A stretch of DNA of 64,000 nt from assembly GCA_965219415.1 (NCBI GenBank), contig CBDCNP010000002.1, positions 2,464,001-2,528,000 on the forward strand. Direction: 5' to 3'. The notes beneath the pieces are model-generated. The model made no database searches. It saw only the letters and a program-made list of their open reading frames with translations, and was not told the origin of the DNA. This document shows positions 62,787-64,000 of this stretch, one piece after another. Numbering within the stretch: the first letter of the stretch is position 1; the number at the start of each line of letters is the position of its first letter. Position numbers and translations under genes: made by a program. Source of the DNA: Candidatus Marinacidobacterales bacterium (GTDB lineage: Bacteria; Acidobacteriota; Vicinamibacteria; Marinacidobacterales; DATDRI01).

Positions 62787-63510
62787 TCACAGCGTTGCGA
62801 CGAGGGCACGCTGCTCCTCCCAATCGTCGGGAAGCGGATGATGGAGGAGGTAGCTCGAGGTCAGCCCAACGGGCTGGCGACCGTCCACAATGGCGCGGAC
62901 GATGTCGGGGGCCATGAAGGCATAGCCGATGGCCTTGCGCACGCGGGCCTTTGGGATGGCGTCTTCGATGGCAATCTCCTCATAGGTTTTGCCCGCTTTG
63001 ATTCGGTCAAGCCAGGAGAGGGCATTGGCGATATTGCGCAGGAGGGTGCGGTCAACGGATTTCGTGGGGTTGCCCAGAACGAGCTTGGTCTCGACGCCGC
63101 GTCGACGCAAGCGGAACGGTGCGTGGATGCGGAGTGCGTCCTCGCGAATGCGGTCGGGTCCCATAGACAGGCAATCAGCGAACGTATTGCGGTCGAGCAG
63201 GATGGACACAGAGCCTGGGCTGATATCGACCCGCCGGATGAAACGGAGCAGGCTGGCTGCCGAGGCACTATCATCATTACTACCGGAACACAGCCCGTCT
63301 AAAAAGCGACGCACCGAGGCGAGCTCTTGCATCGTCGGAGTGTGGATCAGCGAGGCCGAGAAGGTCGTGGCATCCACATGCTGTCGGATGAGATGCACGA
63401 CGGTCTGTTCCAGCATCGGGGCGGGCAGTCGCCAGCCGGAGAGGTCCTTTTGGCCACTGTGCTGGATGAGGCGCCGGGAGACGTAGTAGCGGAGCCGTTG
63501 CCCGTTTTTC
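62787..63510 (-). pseudogene. Large serine recombinase, C-terminal half
   Basis: KNGQRLRYYVS...WRLPA..LEQ.V...RRRGVETKLV...AFMAPDIVRAIVDGRQP...LPDDWEEQR. Confidence 0.8.
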
Positions 63511-63635
63511 GGTGCTTCCGCAGTCAAGTGTTGGCGGCCGGCGCGTAACCTGTTCGCGTGCTAGAGTCTTAGCCTGATTTCGAGAGGCGCAGTTCTTTCG
63601 TCAATGCCGGCTGGGCCGAGTTTTGGCACAGGACG
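63511..63635 (+). repeat. 125-bp chimeric MITE, copy 2
   Basis: Same length and orientation as 51144-51268, about 13 mismatches by hand count. Confidence 0.85.
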
Positions 63636-63807
63636 GGGGAGGACGGCGAGCTTCTGCCGAGGAGCGACATTCTTGAGAGCTAGCTCGCGACGAGCCTTGA
63701 AGGCAGAGACGAGAGCGCGAACCAACGACGAAATCACGGCGGCATGGTGCCGGCAGACCGGAGACTAATCAAGTTCGGTGCGCGCGGATGAGTAAATAGA
63801 AGGCACA
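63636..63807 (-). pseudogene. rve-element left end and N-terminal fragment
   Basis: Reverse-complement homolog of 61279-61450 (ISSLVRALVSAFKARRELAL). Confidence 0.75.
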
Positions 63808-64000
63808 AGCACTCGGGTGTGTAGAGTGCTAATATGTTGAGGTTGATGAGTTACAAATACCACTCGCCCATTGGGATCCTGTGCGTGAGCTTCTTGCGCC
63901 TCAAGAACGGATGAACCGGCGAATCGATCAGACGCTGTCGCGCACGCGCTCCGAGGGAGAGCTGTCGACCACTGGGGCATGGTCCCCCGCTGTGGATCTC

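Noticed and set aside
135-63807. Dispersed 24-36 bp repeats as a CRISPR array or integron attC sites
   Set aside because: Spacing is irregular, both orientations occur, and there is no cas or intI gene. The repeats adjoin transposase fragments and behave as IS termini.

Overview
This is a high-GC bacterial window; the Hanks kinase/PD40 gene, the carboxypeptidase-domain TonB receptor and ypdA suggest Acidobacteriota, but that is an inference. Two mostly intact housekeeping blocks are present: M16 protease/PHP/PPIase/ypdA/mtnB-D-C at ~11.4-20.7 kb and purB-S-Q-L-F at 31.3-37.2 kb. They sit in a dense mosaic of IS elements (IS1, IS3 x2, IS5, IS256 x4, ISL3, IS110/IS1111, IS91 and rve-integrase remnants, and a group II intron 5' remnant) plus about 30 orphan transposon ends and MITEs. 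Main observations: (1) a complete IS1111-type element whose bridge-RNA guide loops can be read from the sequence and match both its own donor junction and the IS1-family terminal repeat it sits in, a repeat with ~16 copies in the window; (2) a three-gene DUF6361-like/PLD nuclease/SNF2 helicase operon (candidate Azaca-like anti-phage system), now broken; (3) a 12.5-kb segment bracketed by a 125-bp chimeric MITE, with the two halves of a large serine recombinase circularly permuted at its ends; (4) a PII paralog lacking canonical 2-oxoglutarate-binding residues; (5) a probable ATA start codon upstream of the pur operon. All alignments and counts were made by eye; no database searches were run.
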